From assembly GCA_963794945.1 (NCBI GenBank), contig CAWCFT010000002.1, positions 1 through 64,000 of the forward strand: a stretch of DNA of 64,000 nucleotides, written 5' to 3'. The translations under genes were made by a program, and so were the position numbers. The DNA comes from Endomicrobiales bacterium (GTDB lineage Bacteria; Elusimicrobiota; Endomicrobiia; Endomicrobiales; CAWCFT01). A model generated the notes under the pieces. That model was given only the letters and a program-made list of their open reading frames with translations, was not told the origin of the DNA and made no database searches. Numbering within the stretch: position 1 is the stretch's first letter; each line of letters starts with the position of its first letter. Below are positions 58,718-64,000 of the stretch, in pieces.

Positions 58718-59818
58718 TGATAAAGACTCTGATCAAGCCATTATATTTTTGGTTCAGGCGGCTCTTGTTAAACCTTATTCCTAGGCCAAAACACTTGACT
58801 CTGCTATCATCGGAGAATCCAAGGATACTCGTTATCAGGATTGACCGGGTGGGCGACCTTGCTCTCTCAACTCCTTTGTTCCGCATTCTGCGGGATAATT
58901 TTCCAAAAGCCGACATAAGCGTGCTTGTCAAACCTTTTAACGCTGAAATTATATTGAATGACCCTGCTGTTAACAATGTTGTTCCTTATGAGGGTTTCTC
59001 CAAATTTTTAACCGACTATGGAAGCAAATATGACATTGTCATAGACATGATAAACAGCCACGGCCTTAAGACAGCGCTTCTTGCGAGGTCTGCTCAATGC
59101 CCGTATAACTATAGGGTTTGACGTTGAAAAGAGAGGCATGTTCTTTACCGACCCTGTTGTCCCAAGCAATGAGAGAAAACATTTTGTCGAATTCATCCCT
59201 GACCTCCTTGCCCCATTAAAGATCAAGATAACCGGTGGCCTTGCCCCGAAAGTATTTGCATCGAAGGAACATTTAAATTATGCCGGCACCTTCCTTGAAA
59301 AGAATGGCGTTAAACAGGAAAATTTTCTGATTTCAGTTCATCCGGGAAGTTTCTACCCGTCACAACGCTGGCCATCAAAATATTATGCTGACCTTATCAG
59401 CCGTATTTCAGAGTTCAACCAGAATGCAAAGTTCCTTCTGCTTGGAAGCTCGGCTGAAAAAGAACTCTTGGGTGGTATCTACAAGATGCTAAAACCGGTG
59501 GCGCAGCGTAATACGCTCGTGAATGCAGAAAACGGTATAGGCAAAACAATCGCATTTATATCCTTGTCAAAGCTGCTTATAGGCAACAACTCCGGACTTT
59601 TACATATAGCGACGGCCTTAGCTGTACCGACAGTTTCATTTATGGGCCCGACTGTCCCATGGCTCTGGCACCCCTATGGGCCCGCTTCGAGCAATATAGT
59701 TTTCAGTAAAGGCCTCCCGTGCAGCCCGTGTAATCTGGGCGAGTGCGCCGAACACACCTGCATGGAAACTATAGTTCCAACGGAAGTGTTCGAGACTGTA
59801 AAGGCGTTATTAAAATAA
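58717..59818 (+). CDS. GT9 glycosyltransferase (ADP-heptose:LPS heptosyltransferase family), ~366 aa after one frameshift
   Basis: ILVIRIDRVGDL.LSTP, VHPGS...RWP, GNNSGLLHIA.A...PTV..MGPT, C.PC...C...CM. Start at TAATG overlap 58717; +1 shift near 59088. Confidence 0.87.
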
Positions 59819-59834
59819 TCAATAGAGGTATATA

Positions 59835-62800
59835 ATGAAGGTATTGGTAACCGACGCCGCACTGAGGACAGCCCTGTACGTTATCCGCTCGCTGGGACGG
59901 CAGAACGTTGATATCACCGCGACAGAAACCAGGATGAACATATTTTCCAATCCGGGTTTCGCATCGAGGTACGTCAAACGCAGAGCGATCGTAGCTGACC
60001 CCATATATAACGAAGATGCTTATATAGAAGGCCTGCTGAAGCTGTGCCGCGGGCATGATGTGCTATTGCCCGTATCGATGTACTCGATCAAAGCCGTATC
60101 TAAACACCTCGACGAATTTCGCAAGATAATCAGGGTTCCGATAGCTGATCACGCCAAGATCATGCAGGTCAACAGCACCGACACGGCCATTAAGACCGCC
60201 ATTAGCTCCGGTATTCCTATCCCGAAATCATATTTTATTGACGAACTTTCCCAGCTGGACCAGATCGCCGAAGAACTGGAGTATCCGGCCTTCATCAAGG
60301 TGAAAGATGAGCTTGAACTGGCGCCGTCTCAAAGGCATAAGGCCGTATTTTCAAGGGAAGATTTTATCAGCAAATATTATACTCTTCACTCGTACCAGCC
60401 GTTCCCTATCGTGCAGGAATTCATAAAAGGGGATGGAGCGGCCTATTTCGCGCTTTTCGATGAGTCAGCTACTCTGAAAGCTGAGTTCGGGCACAGGCGT
60501 ATCAGGGAATTCCCGCTAAACGGAGGCCCAAGCACATACTGTGAGAGTTATAACAACCCGGTAATGTTCGAGCACGGCAGAAAGTTTCTCAGTCATGTTA
60601 AATGGCAGGGGCTCGCCATGGTAGAATTTAAATTGGACACAAGAGACGGAACGCCCAGGTTCATGGAAGTAAACCCGCGGGTGTGGGGTTCAATGCCTCT
60701 TGCGATGGAAAGCGGCGTAGACTTCCCGTACCTCTGGGCAAAAACAGCGATGGGAGAAGATTTTAAACCGGTAACTGATTTTAAAACCGGCGTAAAGGTC
60801 AGGTTTTTCTTCAGTGATATCCGCGCGGCATCGACTTCATTGCTCAACCTCAAGCACATAAAGAAATACTTTTTAGGTTGCTTGATTGACCTTTTTGACC
60901 GCAAGATAAAAGACGGTATTTTCAGCTCGTCTGACCTGCTCCCGTGGATAATTTACCATACCAAAAGCATCCTAATAATGTTTGGATATTTAAAGCAAGC
61001 CGACTCAGAGATACGTTTCGACATACACGTTCACTCCAAGTATTCATACGATTCGGTTAGCGAGCCGAAAGACGTAGTTAGAGCCGCTAAGGCTGGCCGG
61101 GCTCAAAGCGGTGGCCGTGACCGACCATAACACGATAAAAGGCGCGCTAGAGGCTAAGAAATATGAGGCAGCGGATATCCAGGTTATAATCGGCGAAGAG
61201 ATAAGCACGGACAAAGGCGACCTCATAGGACTTTTCATTAAAGAGGAAATCAAACAAAGAGATTTTTATAAGGCGGTAGAAGAGATCAAAAAACAGGGGG
61301 GGATAGCTGTCCTTGCCCACCCGTTCAAACGCACTAGCTCGATAGAGGAATCGGTCCTTGGAAAGCTCGACGCGATAGAATCGTTCAATTCAAGAGCTGA
61401 AAAGAACAATACTACAAACAATAATTTCAAGGCATCGGCTCTTGCAAGAAAGTCAGGGCTTATCGAGCTCGCCGGAAGCGACGCGCATTTCCTGTTCGAA
61501 ATAGGCCGGGCTTTTACTGTAATTAAATCAACTGACGTATCAGCGATAGAAAGCGCCATAAGGTCCGGCAAAACGTATATAAGAGGAACGAAATCATCTC
61601 CTTTACTGGACTTCTTCAGCCAGTTCATCAAGATGATAAAGCTGCGCCGGCCGTCAATGCTGCTGAAAGCCCCGGGGAAACTTTTCAAGCTTTTCGGTAA
61701 ATATAAAGCCCCTGTAACGAACACTGCCGATGTTCCCGCCAAACTGAACGTACTGCTTGTACTTGACGACTTTTCTTTTTCTAATCCCGGCGGCGCAGGT
61801 ACCATGCTATACGAGTACGCGAAAAATCTTTCAAGGAACGGGCATTCGGCTTCCCTGCTGTTCCGCAAAGGCGGCAGCGAAATGCCCTTAAGAGGCAAAG
61901 TTGAAGGCATGAATATTTTCGCGTACGAAAATAACCACCGCAATACATTCCTATATTTCTTTTATTGTATATATAATACTTATTGCACTTACAGAGAAGT
62001 ACTAAAAACAAATAAACCCGATATTATCAACTGCCAGCACCCGCTGCCGGGCCTCGGTATTAGGCTTTTGCGCAGAGCCAGGAATATACCCATGGTATGT
62101 TCTTTCCACGCCTCCTGGGAAGCCGAATATATCTCTCATAAAGTTTTGCCCGGTTCCGGCCCATTAATGAAAATCTGGTTCAAATTGAATTGTCTGGCAA
62201 GGCGTTATATAGAAAAATACTGCATGTTCGAATGCGATAAAATTATAGTCATGAGCGAGTATACTAGAGATATACTTCTGAAAATCCACGGAGTTAGCAG
62301 TGAAAAAGTTAAACTTATCCCTGGCGGCGTAGACACGGATATATTTAAGCCCGCGCCGGACAAAAGTGTTGTAAAGAATAAATTGTTTTTTCCAAAAAAT
62401 AAATTTGTTCTTTTTACGGTCAGGCGCCTTGTTCCCAGGATGGGGCTGGAAAACCTTATCAACGCAGTATCTATTCTATCGAAACAACGCAAAGATATCT
62501 TACTTATTATTGGCGGCATTGGGCCTCTTGAAAAACGTTTAAAAGAACTCACAGCCAGCCTGAATGCGGAAAACTACGTTCGTTTTGCGGGTTTCATACC
62601 GACACAACAGCTGCCGCTCTACTATCAAGCTGCCGACTTATTCGTTCTGCCAACCATAGAACTTGAAGGCTTCGGGCTTGTAACACTTGAGGCGCTTTCT
62701 TCCGGCTTGCCGGTTTTAGGCACAGCGATAGGCGGCACAACCGAGATACTCAGCGGTTTTAACACAGATTACCTGTTCAAGGACCCTTCGCCTGAAACCA

Positions 62801-62967
62801 TGTCCAGGCAAATTTCAGATTTTATATCTCATACAAACAATATATCAATATCCGCCGCCTGCAGGGATTATGCGTTAACGAATTATTCCTGGAGAATTAT
62901 TATTTCACACGTTGAATCTCTATTAAGAGAAGTATTAGAAGCAAAAATAGCAAATGGTAAAATTTAA
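59835..62967 (+). CDS. Triple fusion: ATP-grasp ligase + PHP phosphoesterase + GT4 glycosyltransferase (~1043 aa after one frameshift)
   Basis: ORF 59835-61130: VQEFIKG, MVEFK, MEVNPRVWGS, then DIHVHSKYSYD. ORF 61111-62967: TDHN, GEEIS, AHPF, AGSDAH, then GT4 (EGFGLVTLEALSSG). The PHP motifs straddle the +1 shift at ~61091. Confidence 0.8.
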
Positions 62968-63013
62968 ATATCAAAGCTAATGAGTTGCCGGCATTACTAA
63001 AGGGAATGACATT

Positions 63014-64000
63014 ATGAACTCTTTCCACGCCGTTAATGAAACAGAAATGAAGGCCTTCAACGATTTTATAGCCAGCTCGCAAAGAGGCCATATTTTCCAG
63101 ACCTGGGAATGGGGAGAACTGAGGAAAGGCGACGGGTGGAAACCGCTGCGGTTCCTTGTCAAGGACGGCGATATCATAAAAGCCGCCGCAACTGTCTTGC
63201 AAAAGAAACTGCCCGGAGGGTGGTCAATATTCCATGCCCCCAGGGGGCCTGTTCTTGACTATGGCGACACCGTAACTGTCGAGTATTTGTTTGGCGAGCT
63301 CAAATCCTATTTATCCAAGAATAAAGCAATACTCTTTCAGATAGACCCCGACGTCAGGCAGGCCGATGAAGCCGCCAAGAGCCTGCTTCTGAAAGTGGGA
63401 TTCTTTTACAGAAAGGACGGCCTGTTCTTCATCCTGCAGCCGAACCATGTTTTCAGGCTCGACATAAGCAAAGATCTCGATGCCATACACGCGAAGTTCT
63501 CATCTTCGACCCGCAGGAACATCAGGATCGCCCAGAACGCTAATGTTGCTGTAGAGGCACGTGATGACATTGAGGCCGTAGAGATATTTTACCGCATGTT
63601 AAAAATGACAAGCGCGAGAAAACGTTTTCTCATCCGTTCCTTTGGGTACCAGAAGAGGCTGTTCAAATATTTCATCAGCAGAGGTTATGGCAAGGTTTTC
63701 CTCGCGAAGGCCGGAAAAGAATATATAGCGGCGCGCCTGGCGCTTAGGTTCGGCAACAAATGCTGGGACATGTACGCGGGATCAAACAGAAAACACGCTG
63801 AACTGAAAGCTAACCACCTGCTGATCTGGGAAATGATAAAATGGGCAAAATCCTTCGGCTGCACAATTTTTGATTTCCGGGGCGTGGGCGCGTGGGATAA
63901 TCCGAAACATCCTGACAGAGGTATATACGACTTCAAAGTTAAATTCGGCCCTGAACACTGCGAGTTCATCGGCGAGTATTACATGGTGTTCAACGAAGCC
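63014..64000 (+). CDS. FemABX-family tRNA-dependent aminoacyltransferase (3'-partial)
   Basis: Not in the ORF track because it runs off the window. Translated by hand: GHIFQTWEWG...APRGPVLDY...TRRNIRIA...NHLLIWEMIKWAK..GC..FDFRG...GIYDFKVKFG...EFIGEY. Confidence 0.9.
   Translation, partial: MNSFHAVNETEMKAFNDFIASSQRGHIFQTWEWGELRKGDGWKPLRFLVKDGDIIKAAATVLQKKLPGGWSIFHAPRGPVLDYGDTVTVEYLFGELKSYLSKNKAILFQIDPDVRQADEAAKSLLLKVGFFYRKDGLFFILQPNHVFRLDISKDLDAIHAKFSSSTRRNIRIAQNANVAVEARDDIEAVEIFYRMLKMTSARKRFLIRSFGYQKRLFKYFISRGYGKVFLAKAGKEYIAARLALRFGNKCWDMYAGSNRKHAELKANHLLIWEMIKWAKSFGCTIFDFRGVGAWDNPKHPDRGIYDFKVKFGPEHCEFIGEYYMVFNEA

Noticed and set aside
25653..62967. Widespread pseudogenisation
   Set aside because: Each break is a single-base indel with intact motifs on both sides and no in-frame nonsense decay; sequencing error is more parsimonious.
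225..63969. Numerous short antisense/overlapping ORFs (e.g. 225-656, 16692-17135, 61266-61943) and extended starts at 32581, 33216, 58603
   Set aside because: They are shadows of well-supported genes with no recognisable motifs; better coupled starts exist at 32491, 33144 and 58717.

Overview
Bacterial genomic DNA, probably from an error-prone long-read assembly and plausibly a diderm lineage such as Elusimicrobiota (inference from gene style only). The window has three blocks. (1) 1-25619: one giant extracellular beta-rich gene of >=~8,500 aa whose 5' end lies outside the window. It is split into six large ORFs by five single-base frameshifts. It contains a 297-bp/1485-bp higher-order tandem array of FN3/Ig-like modules, about 29 copies of a ~115-aa module, two FN3-FN3-propeller cassettes, two lamin-tail domains and a C-terminal PQQ-type propeller. 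It is followed by a PQQ-propeller protein with a T9SS-type/FlgD-like C-terminal domain, a PorV/PorQ-family barrel and an NTP_transf_5-like nucleotidyltransferase. (2) 30662-33144: a secreted helical protein, an unlisted 56-aa membrane protein and an ABC-2 exporter. (3) 33367->64000: a >30-kb co-oriented Wzx/Wzy-type surface-glycan cluster behind a near-consensus sigma70 promoter. It encodes a membrane-anchored CBM48 protein, an AMIN-OPX (Wza), Wzc, Wzy/ligase, Wzx, five methyltransferases, two GT-C-like membrane proteins, an LVIVD protein, GT2/GT4/GT9 enzymes, an acetyltransferase, an ATP-grasp-PHP-GT4 triple fusion and a FemABX transferase. Eight of the eleven +1 frameshifts fall on the same motif (CAGAC read as CAGAAC, on either strand), which points to a modification-linked basecalling error rather than gene decay. 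No rRNA, tRNA, CRISPR array or mobile element was seen. All domain calls are by-eye motif recognition; no searches were run.
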